Counted from the first letter of the whole stretch, positions 38,101-53,034 are shown. The stretch is 61,280 nt of DNA, filler included, from Jimgerdemannia flammicorona (GCA_003990765.1; 2 parts of 2 records of this genome joined end to end with filler, not necessarily neighbours in it); one strand, 5' to 3'. Numbers and translations: made by a program. The notes: generated by a model from the letters alone, not told the origin.

Positions 38101-40844
38101 GGTTATATGATCAATATAGGTTGTATTTTCTATATTAAGTTAATTATTAATATATATATTTATTTATTTATTTATTAAAGCTTTTATAAATATAGTAAAG
38201 CTATAAATAATACAATTATATTTATTTATATAGTATATTTTAGCTATAGTTTTTTTATTTATAAGTTTGATTTTAAATATCTACTACAAACTAGTTTTAA
38301 AAGATAAAATTTATAATATAATTATATTATTATATTTAAAATAAATTCTTCAATTAGTTTAAATTTAATATTAGAACATTAATCTATATTCAAATATAAT
38401 ATTATAAATTATATATTTACTTAAATTAATATGTATATAACTTAAAAGAATATTTTAACTATATATATATTAACAATTATATAATTTAAGCCATTTTGAA
38501 GTTTCTATCTATTACTTTATAATTTAATTTAATTATATTTAGCTATAAATTAAGGAATCTCAAATTGAATCTAAATATTGTTGAGCTTTTTTAATAAAAA
38601 TATTTAAAGTGATAGTATATGAGACTGTTGAAAGAACACTTGGTGTTACGTCTTCAGATATATGTATCTTAGCTCACACTAAGCATACACTTGACATATT
38701 ACAACCCTTTAGAGCGTAACTACTCGATATGTATTGAGCCCCTTGAACAGCAGATCAATTTTTGGTTAGAAAACCGCATGAAGAGTATTGCGTCGAGTGA
38801 TGAAACCGCGCATTTTCCAATGAAGAAATAGGATGCCGAGCACCTCCGAACGCGATTTCATACAAAGAAGGTAGTCTGAGCCGCAAAGTCATCCGAAAAT
38901 ATATCGCGTAGTATATATAATAGGTTGATGAAGCGTGCCTTACCCTTATCCAACTAGTAAGGGCCGCTTGTGGCGTAGAAACGGAGAACTGAGGAAATCA
39001 TTTCTCGGTTTTCCTTTTCCCAGGATTCAGCCAGGGGAATACCGTATCTTGGCAACAGATTTATGGATGTTCGACATGTCAATGATCGGCTGTTTCTTTT
39101 GCTCGGACGGTGTCTTGCTAACAAATACCAGAACACTTTGCTGGTAAACGAACAATACAACGCCACTTTTTATATTTGTTAAATAACATCCACCATCTGG
39201 GAGGGACGTGAATATGAGATCAATGAGCAGGATTTTGATGAGAGTAAGTTGTGTTAAGAGGAGGCGGCGTCTTGCGGAATCATATTACCTTTTCTAGGCG
39301 TTCTCATAACTACGGTAAGATTCGTAAAACCTCATTAACAACCGAATTCATATATATATCACGGAGTTCCTAGCAGAGCTTCCATAGGTAGATGCCAAGG
39401 TCAGAAATATGAAAACTACAAGCTTTGCTTGTTGTCTCGCTGATATGCCTCGTCCTCTCCATTTCGGAGGTCTACGGTGGTAAGTCGAGCAAGCAGTCGT
39501 TCTTTTGGATTCCTCCGCGTTGAATACCCAATTCCGCGTTACTTGCAAATACCAATCTCATCCCTTTAATTTGCGTCCTTTGAACAGGTTGTACAAGCTA
39601 TTGGGAACCTTATTAAACGTAGCAAATGTAGCAATGGTGGATGTTGCTGGTCGGGAACCAAACCTCTATGCGAGAGATGTAAGTACACAGTATCATTTAA
39701 GTTTTGAAAAAGATTCTGTGAACATAGACTCAACCATCTATTCTCACAGGTGATACGCTTGCTTGCGTACCGACGGAACCGAAGACGAAGTGTTACGGTT
39801 TTGTTCTTGTCTGCAAGAACATTCGCCATGGGCCTGGCCCGTGTTCGAAATATGCTTGCGTGGGGCTATAGTTTTGATCGTGGTTTGCCACGCGGATGTA
39901 ACGAATCGATCAACACAACGCAGAGCCACCGAACAAGGCGTGGTTCTATTAGTTTCGTTCGTCATTAGCCAGGGCATTTGCCAATATTTTTCACTATTAT
40001 TACCAATTTGGTCTGAATTTGTTTTCTTTCAATTATTTGTAAGACGTCCTAACAGTAAAACATGAAATTGTGCGTTTCTCAAACAGCTGTATCCCTTAGC
40101 ATTTCCGTTCCTTTTATCGTGAATAAATATCTGATGGAATAAAGTTCGGATTTTATCTCACACCGTGCCTTGAATCAAGAGGTCGCTCTCACCTGCTAAG
40201 CTCCTACAGGATTCCTGTATATTCTGATCTAGACTTCATACACACGTCACCAAACCTGTCAAGTAACACCCACCACTGTCTCGTACATCATCTTTATTGT
40301 CACAATTATGGGCGTTAGGGGAACGAGGAAGTGTCCAAGCTCCACAACAAGGACCAAATCTACCACGAGGTAATTGGAGAACATTGGCCGTCAATAAACT
40401 GTCATTCCTGAACATGGGACTGATCAGCGGAGTGAAGAGCCTGGTGGAGGCATTATTGGAAGAGGTAAGTGTGGGAAGGGGCCTTGTGTTTGGGTAGGGG
40501 ATCCCTAGGCTTCACATTTAGTGGCTATATATCGACGTATCAGTTCACAAAAAAAAAAAAAGGCGCACGCGCATGCTCAAGTCGATATCTATCAGAGTTG
40601 AGTAATTTTTACCCTTGAGGATTTACTCATCCAAGATTAACTATGATTGAGACCCTTCCGATACGATTGCGAGCGGGGGTTACTGGAATGAAGACTAGCC
40701 ACTTTATTCCGCGGAGAATTTACGTGTCCTGGCTAAGCTGCGTAATGAGAAATCTCGTAGAGTGCACAAGTAAAGCACCGTACCCAAGGAATACTAAGCC
40801 AACATGTACGCAAGATGGTAGCGTAACTTTGAGGTGATCTGACT

Positions 40845-41365
40845 AGCCAGGATATGGTGGAGCTCGACAAGATTGTTCGGCGATGATGCTGTGTCCAAAT
40901 GCTCAGATCCCAACCCCTCGTTGGCACAGCGGTTCCGCCTCGTCGTACTTGGCCTGGCTTTCGTCAACTACAGGAATGGATCCGTTGATTGTGTCACCAG
41001 CTGTTGTGTGAAAGGTGACTCCGAAGGTAGCTTCTCTTCGCCTGCTAGCTTGGGGTTTCTCTTGGCTTCATCGTTTGCAAAAGATTCTGTACTTAATCCA
41101 GAGAGAAGTCAGATCGTTCGCAATGACATTTGGTTGCTCTTGCTAGGAATCCAACATCGGTGCGGTACCAAGCCATTGGCGTTTACATCTGCACCGATTG
41201 CATCCTTGAGAAACATCGCCACTTTATGGGCAGCAATGCGAAGCGGCGTTGGTCTTGGCGTTGCCGTCCGTTCCCAAGTCCATCCATATTTTTGTTTGGC
41301 GTCCCGAAGAGTGTCTTCACAACCTCGAGTGCCCGTTATTCGCAGCGATGTCCATCCACCTTTTT
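40845..41365 (-). pseudogene. Ankyrin-repeat plus TPR (kinesin-light-chain type) relic
   Basis: TPLRIAAHKVAMFLKDAIGADVNA (ankyrin-like). QAKYDEAEPLCQRGVGI and DTASSPNNLVEL (TPR_10/12-like). Stops and frameshifts present. Confidence 0.6.
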
Positions 41366-41979
41366 GCTAGAGCAGCGTTGTAAAGCGGCGTCCTACTGTT
41401 TCTTTGCTAATATTAGCTTCAATATATTACATTAACCTTTTTTTATCTTATATTCATATATTTAGAAGTAGTGGCTGACTTAAGGCTGCAGTTCAAATTT
41501 GTTTTGGAAGGTTAGTGCAAATTAACTGAAAAAAGTCCTTTTGATGATTAAAACTCAAAAATATGCACATTTTATGGAAATTCAGCAGGCCTCAGCTGTT
41601 CATTGCTTTTGTCACTCACTTAAAGATCTCTGACACTGCATCCCTATGGCTGCTCATATACAATGTGATGGTCTGAAGGTTACATAGAGTATTGATATCT
41701 CTGTTCCAGACTATTGTATAGTTTTTATAGCTGAGTATAGTATATAGAGTATTGCTGCCATCATGGATATATATCTTTATAATGAAAGCACATCTGTGAT
41801 GATCAGAACTCAGATATACTAATAAGTATAAGATGATAGAGATAGTTATATCACTATAGTATATATAATAGTCTATGTGAGATATCTGCTATCTTATCTC
41901 TTATATATCATTGATAAGAATAATATATTACCAAAGCCAACTACTGTGTACTTTTAATTATTATTATATAGGGTAGCAC

Positions 41980-44900
41980 TGTAAGAGGGTTTACTTTTTA
42001 GGGTAACTGTTACATAGTTCTGGAAGGGTTTTCTGGAAGTTCTGGATATTCTGAAAGACTGTTTTCTTAAGGTCAAGATCAATTTTATATGGAGTATGTC
42101 CTCTATGCTTATTAATTTCAAGATCAGGTTGATGTCTCAACCAAAGTCCTTTTTCAGACTAGTTCTGGATGTTCAGGATTTTCCATATTTCAGGAAGTTC
42201 AAGAAACTAAGACCAGCTTAGTTGAATTAGTGTATCACTATAGACAATACCCAATTAGAAAATTTTATGATAGGGTTAGGAGTGGGATCTAATAGAGAGC
42301 AGATTTACTTAAGAGTGGTTTGTGGGTTATTAAATAGTTTTATTCGCTATTTATGATATTGCTTTACTAGAAGTAGTTGTGTGAAGGGATATTGTAGAGA
42401 AGTGCTCAGGAGTTGTGTTCGAATTGTTCAAGTATTTAAGTCTGAGATTTTGAGATCTGGGGGAGGGGGTATTTATACTAGTGAGGGGCTATCTGGACTA
42501 TGCTAGATATAGATGTAACACTTAGTATCTTGCTGAGTCAGAATGCAGTCATATAGTACAAGTGTGATCTGACATATCAAGAGATCATCTGACTGCTGAG
42601 TCAGTTCATAGTTATATTATACAAGACTAATCTAACTATACTATGACTGCTAAGCTATTTATAGATTTAGATGCTGTCTGGTTAGTCCTTGATTATATCA
42701 CTATTGATGACATCATCACTGGCAAGTCTGAGCAGTTTTCTGACTTCTGACATCATCAGTTTCAAAGGTATCATCACTTCTATCTCTTTTTTTTTTTTTT
42801 TTTTTTTATAGTCCCTTGGACTCCGTCTTTATTACCAGTCTATGAATAAGTATACAATAACACCCCCCTCTACCATATCCCTATCATGGGACCCCTCCCC
42901 ACCTCTTTATGTGTAAAGACCACTCTTTCACCAATAACTCCAACTCTCCCACCACTCTGACCACAGATTTTCACCACCAAGTGGTGCCTCCGACCCCCCT
43001 GCAGCCCCCAACCAAGCCACCAGCCTGTCAAGGTATCCTCCATAAGGCACTGCCATCATGATAACCAGCTCTCCAAGCCCTGTCACCTCCCCTCCTCAAA
43101 TACAAATAGCCAGTGACTGGCCAGCCCAACCAAATAGCCAATGCCCAGCCTAGAGTAATCCACTCCTCTCCTACCCCTCCTATCAATCGATCCCTCAAAT
43201 CCTCCCACCTCCTCTGTACATCATCACCCCTATGCCTTACCCCCAAGCAGTCCCCAATGGCCTGCCAAAAGTCACCCAACATCTCACACTCCCTAAGCTA
43301 ATATTCTGGTGTCTGTACAAATCCCCCTTCCTGCCCTACATTATGGTACTCCTTACAGTCAAAGCAGCCCCCTACAATAAGGTGTCCTGAGCAGAAGTTA
43401 AGCATCACATTCCTCCTCAGCACATGCCACCAGACCATCCAGTACTTCGGTGGCATCCAATTTTTCACCATGGCACTCCAGGTCCAAACCCCCTGCCAGT
43501 CCCACTCCTCACCAATTCCGACTCCTTGCCAACCACTTGGCCACAAATCCTGGCCTGGTCCCCTTTGGCATTCGATTCCATCACCAATATTGAACTCCAG
43601 TAAAGGCATGCCTCTCAGAAGAATGCTGTCCCATCCCCACATTGCTGGGCCCCAAGCTCTCTCCCCCTTATTCCCTTGCCAGTGAATACCAATGCGGTGT
43701 ACCCCCTCAGCTATCCCCCACCAGAAGCCTTTATATCGCAGTTGCCCAGTATTCTGAAGCCCAACTAATGAAAGGAGATCACCAGTCAAGCCTCTCAGTG
43801 ATGTCCGCCTCTCCTATACCTTCTACAGCAGGGGAATCTAACCCCCTCTACACAACTCCACCGCCCTTCTAAGCCACCATGCCCTCAAACAGTGTAGTCT
43901 TTTGGGGAAGTCCACCAGCCCAAGACCACCTCTTGCCACTGGTAGGGATAGTGTCTCCCAACCAATCTGACTCTGTCTGCCAGCCCAAATCCATCCCTTG
44001 GCCACCTTTACCAATCACTTCACTACCCAGGCTGGGAAGTCCAGATGATAAGCCAAATACCACAGTTTCGGCAGCCAGTATATATTCAAAATCGAGACCC
44101 TTCCTGCCAGAGAGAAGTGTCTTCCCCCCCAACCCCACAGGTCCTCCTCCCAAATTCCAATCCTCTGCTCCCACCACTGCCTAGGCAGAACAGACCCATA
44201 AACTGACAAATATATGCCCAAGTACTGCACTGCCTCTTCGGTGGGGACAATTGTTCCAATAACCTCTCCGCCCACCAGTCTATTGTCCAGTACCATCGTT
44301 TCACACTTGTGCCAATTCAGCTTTGCCCCAGAGTTCTCCTCATACTACTCCACTGTCTTCTTGAGCTCCTCGACATCTGCAGTTACTCCCAAACCAATCA
44401 CCATGTCATCTGCAAAGGCTCTAACTTTTCAGCCAATTCCATAAATAGAAAGCCCCACAATCCTCCGCCAAATTCGGTCCATTAGAGGCTCCAAGGAAAG
44501 TGCATACAGAATGGGGGACAGCGGGTCCCCCTGGGGCACTCCCCTATCCAGAGGGAATGCTACCCCTCTATGCCCATTACACATGAGCACAGCCCTACTC
44601 CTTTCCAGTAGGCTGACCATCGCTGCCTGAAATGGGACCAGAACCCCAATCCTATCCAACACTTTCGCCAGCCAGACTCGCCACACCCGGTCATAAGCCT
44701 TCTTCTGGTCCAAGAAGACAAGATGCCCATCCAGTCCACAGGCTCAAGCACCTTCAATAACTCCAATACCCAGGCTGTGCCATCTCGAATAAGCCGACCT
44801 CCTATGAAGCCCCTCTGCTCAATACCCACATTTTGCTGGGCCACCTTCTGCAGCCTTGTGACCACCACCTTAGTCACCAACTTTCTGTCCATATCTAGCA

Positions 44901-47900
44901 ACATTATCAGCTGCCAGTTCTTCCAATTCTCTCGCCTTCTCTTGTTCTTATAAAGCAGTATCACCAGCCCAAGATCCTGCTCCCCCACCCATCTCCCTGA
45001 CTGTAAAATGGAGTCACACAGTGCCGTCAACTCTCCCAATATACCCGGAACTCCAACCATTCTCTTCCAGAAGTCCCAGGGGAGGCCATCCTCCCCAGGC
45101 GCCATACCCAAGGCTATTGCAGCAAGAACCTGGTGGATCTCATCCTCCTTTACAGGCATCACCAGGTCACCTAATCCCTCAGCTCATAGAGGGTGCCAAT
45201 CTTCTAATGTTTGGTCAATGGCTGTAGCATCTGCCCCACCCTCCTCCTCACTCCACAATCCACTCTATTACGCCTTCAGTGTTCCAAGGATATCCTGTAC
45301 ACTATGCACTAGTCTACCATCTGAGTCAAGTACCTCTTCTCACTGCTGCTGTACCCTCCTCACTCGAAACTTTCTCATAAGAAACTTGGAAGGCCTCTCC
45401 CCTTCCTCCAGCCCCTGCCAACAAAGCCATGCCACCAGGCCTTGCACTCTTGACTCTTCCTCTTCCCGCAGCACCTGTTGTAGTTCCCCAACCTCCATCT
45501 TCACCCTTATTATTCTCCAATCCTCTTCTCCCTCCACTACTGCCAGACTCACCCACTCCTCCAGAAGCCTAGCCAATCTAGTAGAAGCCCAATGCACTCT
45601 CTGCTTTTGCTGCCTCCCAGCCACTCTGCCAGCCTCACTCCAATACATCCTGGCCATCTCTTTCATCCTCCTCCACCAAACCCCAATTGTGGCCCCTTCC
45701 TGCCTCCAGTTCACCACCTTCATCTGAATGTTGTTTGCCCACACCTTCCACTGGGACTCGTCATCCAACAAGGAGAAATTCAGGTGCTAATGTCCAGACC
45801 CATCACTACTTCCCCCAAAACACCCCTGTCCCAAAAGGCCCCAGTGATCGGACCACGGACACCATTCTACCTCTAGTATCTTCCAAACATTGCGGCCCCA
45901 ACAGTCGGCCATCAGAATCTAGTCAATTCTTGTCCCTAGACCTCCAGCCCAATGCATATATACTCTCCTGTCCCCCCAGTACTCCCTACCAGCATCCACC
46001 AGTGCTCCTAGCCTTTCGACCTCCACCCACATTGCCAGCCCCCCACTCCTGCTCTCAGTACCTCATCCTCCATCAGTTCTATCCATCCGTACATCCCGAA
46101 CCATATTGAAATCTCCTCCAAGTATATCCAACCCAGCTTCAGCAAGGATCCCACTCTCCAGGAGCCCTTTCACCCAATCCACATACTCCCCCCACACAGC
46201 AGGGCAGTAACAGGAGCCAACTGTAACTGGCTCCCAACCTGCATGAATCCACTCACCTCAGACCAGTCTTTCCCCCTAGCTCCTCACATTCTGTATCTCC
46301 CCTCTACCTTTCCGAACCAGAATCCCAACCTTACTGTTCCAAATCACCATGCCACCTCATTCCCTAGTCCATTCCATCCTATCAGAATCATCCTCGCACC
46401 TGACATCCTGCAAGAGGAAGAGATCAGCCTCCAATCCCTTCAACTAAATAAAAATGTTCCTGCATCTAACTACACCCCTTAGCCCATTCACGTTCAAAGA
46501 AAAAATGTTAGTTGTACTGTTCATAATAAATTATAGTTTGTTTGTAATCAATCCCTATTACTCCATATCTATCTCCTCCTGTGTCATGTCCAGATTATGT
46601 TCAGCCATCACCTCCTCCTCTTCAGCCCTCTGAGCCTCCAGTCCAGCCAACAGCTCATTCATCTCCTCATCAGCCTTCTCCTCAAACTCCTCTCTATACT
46701 CGATGCAAGCCTCCTGCCACAGCTGCAGTCCATGATGCCTGTTCCAACAGTACTCAGTCTTCTCCCCAGCGACAACTGCCAACTCTGCCTCCCTCTCCTT
46801 GTCCACCTCATACCCTTCCTCCTCTAGATACACCATGAGAATTTCCACCTTCAGTGCCATCGCCACTCCTTCTCTCTGCAAAATTCTCACCCAGTGCTCG
46901 TCACCCATCCCACACAAGTCTACCTTCCCCAGCTCTTCTGCCACCAGGTTGTTCATCATCTGGCACATCCAAAGTAGGTTCCCCACCTCCTTCCCACCAG
47001 GGGTCGCCGGCCTCCCTCTGTCCAGCATCGTGGTGTCAGCTCCAGCACTCATGTCCTTATCCCACACCTCCGGGATATCCACCAGTTCCTCCTCCCCAGC
47101 CACCACTACCTGGTCCCCATTCATTACCTCCAGAATGCTGAATTTCACCTGCTGGGTCCCCAGTATTGTCACGTTCTCCCCAGATTTGTTCCTGGAGGCC
47201 AGGCCATGCCTGATGAGAGGGGAAGGGGTGGGGGAGTTCTCCCAGACTTCCTCCCAAACCTCCAAGGTGCCATCCGCATATGGGTCGCCAATCATCATCT
47301 CTTTTGCCTTCCCTGTCTTTGCCCCATCATTCCCACTCCTCTCACCAGCCCAGACACTTGCTTTGGCCCCTTCTGCACCCATCATCATGCTTGCACCCTT
47401 CTGTGGTCCACCCCCCAGTTTAGCCAGCAAATCCTTCTGTCTCTTCCGCCCCTGAGCCCTTTCCTACTACACCTTGTCTACATGAATCCTCTTTCCATCC
47501 ACTACCTCCAGGTGCGTCGACTCCTCAAAAGTCTTCCAGGCCTTGGCATGCCATTCCACAGCCCCATCCAGCTCCTCCAGCGCTTCCAACAAATCCTCCT
47601 CCTCTTCTTCACTTCCTTTCACCCACGTCACCTTACACAGGAATGCACCCCACACTATCACTGAAGGCCAGTCCCTCGTCTTCCCAGTAGCCTCTTTTCT
47701 GACCAGCTGAATTCTCACATCTATGTCCCCAGTCCTGAGTGTGGTCCCTTCCCAGACCCTGAATCCAATATCTACCACCTCGCCATACTCCGCCATGACA
47801 TCCTCTACTCTCTTCCTCATCTCCATCACTGTCACTGTGGGGACCCCTTTCACCAGCAGTTGGATCACTCTTGGATCCCATTTCAAACACCTTGCCATCA

Positions 47901-49330
47901 GAACACACACCTCCCCAACCACCAACCCAACCCTCAGTGCCTCCTCCAGTGGTTTGACCTCCTCAAAACCCACTTCTACTCCCTCCAGTCACTTCAGGAA
48001 CTTCACCAAAGCTGCTCCAGCCACCTGCTTAGCGATAAGCCCCAACACCATTTTTGCCATCACTGCTAAGCCCTGGAAACACAGTATGACTGTGAATACC
48101 AAGATCGACTTCTTGAGTAATAGAGCCACTGCCAGTTCCGTTACACTATCCGCCAGGTCCCCAGGCCTCATACCCTTCCCACCACTCGGCTTGCCATCAG
48201 CAGTCCCATCTAGATTTTTTTCCAGATTGCCCATTACACCCCCATCAGCAGTCCCCGCCCCAGCTGCTATCCCCCCAGCTCCACCCCTATGACCTTTCAG
48301 AGAGGTGCCCTCAAGAGGTTGCTGCCTGGTAGCCTTCACCGGTACCTTTCCCCCTCACAGCCAGCTCTCCAGTCCAGCCCCTTGCTGACCCCCCTTCACC
48401 TTCTCCGCAAAGCTCACTCTGCCAGACCCTTGACCTCCAGCTCTGCCCCTTCCTCCACTATAGCCTCCCACCAGTAGGCCCCTCATACTACTCTCTAAGC
48501 CAGGGCCTCTCCCCACTTACTGCCATTCAAATGCTCCAGGGCTACCCTGCCCAGTACGCACCTCCAGATGCTCGTTAGTTGCCATAATACTAGTAGCTTT
48601 TCTCTAGAAACTGTGTCGAAAGTGTTGCCCAAAGATTGTATAACCTGAATATTACCGGAGAAAGGTCTGTTGTCACTTCTATCTCTTGCAAGATTAAGGC
48701 TGTCCTTGGTAGTGGTAGTTGTACAAGGATAACAGGTCTTGGTTCTCTTTTTTTTTTGGTCTGCTGGCACATTTGCAAGGACTGGCCATCCTTGTCTAGG
48801 GCAAGGACTCCCAATATCGCAGCTGGGGGTTTGAACCTCTCAGAAATAATATTTTCTATAATCCAAGACAATTTTTAGTAGTAATATCTATCATATAGAT
48901 AGCTTGAGATTGGTTTCAACAATGTCAGCTTTCTTGAGTTCAGATGAAGCATCTGTCACTCTCCAATGAAGATAACACAGATAGAGCGAACAGAGTTGTT
49001 CAAATATATTTTGCTTCTGCTAAGTAATGAGATCTTATATAGTCATAGTGTATCTTGGTCTTAAGTTGATAAGTACAATTCATGAACCTTTTGATGGATG
49101 AGATAGGGTTCTTCTTGTCTTGATTTGAGTTTGGTACTTTCGGTTTCCTTTTGTAATAGTACAGTATACCAAACTAGTTATAGAGGTTCAAAGTCAGTCT
49201 TATGGTTATAGTACTTCTTCTGGTATTCTTGTATCTTGGCAGAGAGTTCTTGTGCTTGCTGACATATTTTGTGTAACCAGATGATCTCTTCAGTAACTTG
49301 TTTTGTAGTCTTACATGTGGTTTCCAAATT
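41980..49330 (-). mobile_element. Gypsy 3' LTR (family B) plus integrase-end fragment, interrupted by a LINE
   Basis: Starts TGTAA and aligns with 6398-6975 and 16050-16510. ~48765-49310 aligns with ~27700-28290. Confidence 0.7.
42789..48669 (-). mobile_element. Second full-length L1/Tx1-like LINE (same family as 17673-23545)
   Basis: Homologous ORF1, EN and RT. Poly-T at 42787-42807. TSD TCACTTCTATCTCTT at 42774-42788 and 48673-48687. 5' end matches the first copy. Confidence 0.95.
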
Positions 49331-50029
49331 AGTTCTGAGGATAACATATGATTTTGGTGGCTTAGAGGTTGTATGCTTACAAGCATACTTCTATTTTATA
49401 TAGGCTAGAGATAGTTATTTCAAAAATGTTTAAATATTAGTCATCTTTATTAAATCTAATTTCTTACTATATTTTCTGTTTTCTATTATGAACTATCAGC
49501 ATAGCTTACTGAATGTCTTCTGCTGTCTCTAATAGTACTGAAATAGTAGTCTCTACTATTTTTCATTAAAAAACTATATAATTATCTTATAGTTTAAGAG
49601 AATATATATAATAAAATAAGTCAAATATAGTAGTGCTCAGAGTCTTAGATGATAACATATGATCAAGCATAGCTTATACATATTTATAAATTCTTAGCTA
49701 TCTATATTTCCTATAGATACTATATGTAATTTCACTCTATTATATAGTAGAAATTTTATATTAATATATTATACTTTATATATTATAACTATTATCACCT
49801 ACTATAATAAATATATCTATTATATCTAGATTAATATTTTATAAATAGTTATAGAATAGATCTAGTCTAATATCTATAGCTATCTTTAGTATTATAAGTT
49901 CATTAGTATACTTAGGCTGGCTAAAGAGAAAGTTGATATATAGCTGCTCTATATATTACTTTTGACAATATTGTAGAAGTAATACATATTATATTATCTA
50001 TATTATAGTCATTAAGCTAATACTTATAC

Positions 50030-50910
50030 TCTTAATGAATTAAATCAAAGATCTAATTCAATTTGATTCAAATTAAATTAAAGTTAAAATATAATAACTT
50101 GACAAAAATACATCTAAATTTAATAACTTTTAGCTTATTAAATTTCTCTATATATATAAGAGAAATCTAATAAGCTAAAGATTATTAAATTTGAATATAT
50201 TTTTATTAAGTTATTATATTTTGAAAAATATAATTTAAATCAGATCCTTAATTTAATTTGAATTTGATTCAATTTGAACTTTATTTAAATTAAAAAATTC
50301 TTAATTCAATTTGATTTGATTCAAATTGATTTAATTTATTTAGGAGTACTAGCTGATACTAATTTTTGAGAAGTCAAATATTACTCAGAAGAGCTCTTTA
50401 GTTATGAAATACTTATTCTTATATCTGATATATTAGAAGAGACAGATAAGTATCTGTTTGTCAATCTTGATATATATACTACTGCTAAAAGAAAAAGAGT
50501 AGATAAAATATATATAGATAAGTACTTGATACATAATATTATATATATCTTAGAGTAAAAAGTTTAGCTTAGATTTTTATTCATATATTTTAGATAAGCT
50601 TATATAGATAAGTATAAGATATCTTTAAGAGTTTTTAGATATAAATCTCAATAAAGGTAAGTTAAATAGTAATTTAGAATATAGTTATATATATATATAG
50701 TTAGTGCTCTGAATGAGTCAGTTCAAACTTATTCAAATTGTGACTATTCCTAATTTGAACTGATTTAAATTAATCATATGATCAATTCAAATAAGTTTGA
50801 ATTGTGACTGCTCTGATCCAAACCTCCAAACTGGTAATTTATATTACCAAATTCAAATCACTAAATTTGAATTACTAAATTTAAATCATCTAATTTAAAT
50901 TCTGTAAATA
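50030..50910. mobile_element. Degenerate hAT-like termini (GGAGTACTA at 50343-50351; TAGTGCTC at 50702)
   Basis: TTCAAAT/TTTGAA-rich subterminal repeats adjoin the terminal motif. Confidence 0.4.
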
Positions 50911-51013
50911 AATAAAACTTATTATATAATTTACTTATATATATAAATAGAGAAATGTGAGAGAAAAATATTCATTAATATATTTACAAATACAAATGTG
51001 AATATATATATAT

Positions 51014-51014
<1 letters not shown>

Positions 51015-51060
<46 letters not shown>

Positions 51061-52249
51061 GACTCAGAGTCCTGCAGATTTTTATTAGAAGAAAACCTAA
51101 ACTATATAGGCAAAAACTCTCCTCTATCATCTATTGAGCACTGCTCTCTCATTAAATCTAGGCTAGCTATTATCTAGTAGCTTAACTATACTAGGTATAG
51201 TAGGGCCTAATATGATCCATATCTTATTCTGTATACTATGCTCTCCCTACTACTAGAGAGAACTCAAATATATACCAACAACTGAAAATATATATCCAAA
51301 ACTCCAACATATATGCAAGGCCATATTTGAGCTAAATAGAATAGCCTCTGCTACTCTAAGTAGAATAATAGGTAAATAAAAACCCTCCTCAAAGTACAGA
51401 ATAGTAGATAAGACCTAGTTTTCTTAAGTGAGATAAGTTAGTAAGCTTCTTAGTGAGTATAGTTTTGACATAAGTGACTATTTTTGGATAGTATTGGATT
51501 AGAAGAAGAGATGACTATTATAAAGAGATAAAAGGGTAATTATAATAAATTAGTTAAATATTAAACTAGTAATAGTTATTAGAGTACTATAAGTACTATC
51601 TTAGTAAGGTCTTTTTATTGGCTGACTGAGAGTGGAGTAGTATAGGAACTGGTATTTTGACTATACTCAACTAAAATTAGAAGCTAATATGATAATATAA
51701 TTGAGGTCTATAGACTTAAAGAGTGAGATATTCTTTTTAAGATAGTACCTAATCAGAACTAAGAGCTAATATAGCAATATAATTGAGGTCTATAAGCTTA
51801 GAGAGTAAGATTGGGATCTTTTCAGACCTTAGCTCATATATATATCAGTTCTTTTAGAGGGGGGGGGTTTCATATAAGTTTTTACTTATCTATCTTAAAT
51901 CTATTTTACTTTTTATTAGTTAGTTAAGAGTTTTTTTTTTATCTTTAGCTTTGATTTGAAGTCTAGAGAACTATTTTTTATTCAGTTTCAACATTACTAA
52001 ATCTGATATATAGGTGTGCTCTCATAGTAAATGGGCTAATAATTTAGCCCTAGTGAGTAGATAAGTCTGATCTATATATATATAATGAGAGAGTATATAT
52101 CTATTATATATAGCTAAAATAATAGAACTATTAAATAATTTGATATCTTAGATTAATAGAAGGATAATACTCAAGAGGAGGAGTGGGGGAGGGTTTTGGC
52201 CTATATAGTCTAGGATTCCTTCTAATAAAAATTTGTGAAAACTTAATTC

Positions 52250-52288
<39 letters not shown>
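51015..52288. mobile_element. Two diverged poly-A retroposon 3' ends in opposite orientation
   Basis: The reverse complement of 51058-51120 resembles ~52190-52253 (GCCTATATAGT.TAGG.TT.CTTCTAATAAAA). Poly-T at left, poly-A at right. Confidence 0.6.
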
Positions 52289-52290
<2 letters not shown>

Positions 52291-53034
52291 ATAATTTAAT
52301 ATATTATATAAATTAAAAAAAGTTCTTTATAACTTTAAAGTCAGAGTATTGCTATATTTATATATTAATATATATTGTGAAGAAATAGAAATTCAAAAAA
52401 GGAGATAAAAATGAAACATAGTCATGTGATCATATCTAAGCCACAATTCCTCGGATTTGGTGAGAATTTGTTTAAAAAAATTAATTACTATAAATATAAA
52501 AGAGAATAATAATAAAATCTCTCTGTAAGATTAATATCAAAAGGGGTTTCTGTTGATCTATGGATTTTTTTAAACTCATTGCTAGAAATAGAATTTTTAA
52601 TGATTATAGACGTGGAGCACTAGTCTAGCGAGTTTGACAGTCCCTCCCCAAGCCATATTGGGCGAAATGAATTGGACTGTTGGAAAAGTCACCCCTTCTC
52701 TCATACCATGGAAACCTCTCAAGGGCTCGGGGCCGACAACATATTCAATACACCCCAACGACAAGACCCTGCCAGTGTCGCCGGCCAGAAATGTGAGTTC
52801 AGCTTCACTAACATTCTTGCAACCTGGAGAACAAAACAAAACCGACGGCTCTCGTTACTCACCTTTCACAGTCGCGGCTTCTTTTAGCCCCCGGTTAGAA
52901 CCCATCTCCTTCTCATCAAACAATACTCTTTCGCCCTTGCCCCTACCACGCTCACCAACACCAACAATACTCCTTCCACCCCGCTCTCGCTCCCCTCCTT
53001 TTCCCCCTTCTCCCCTTCATCTCTGCCACCAACA

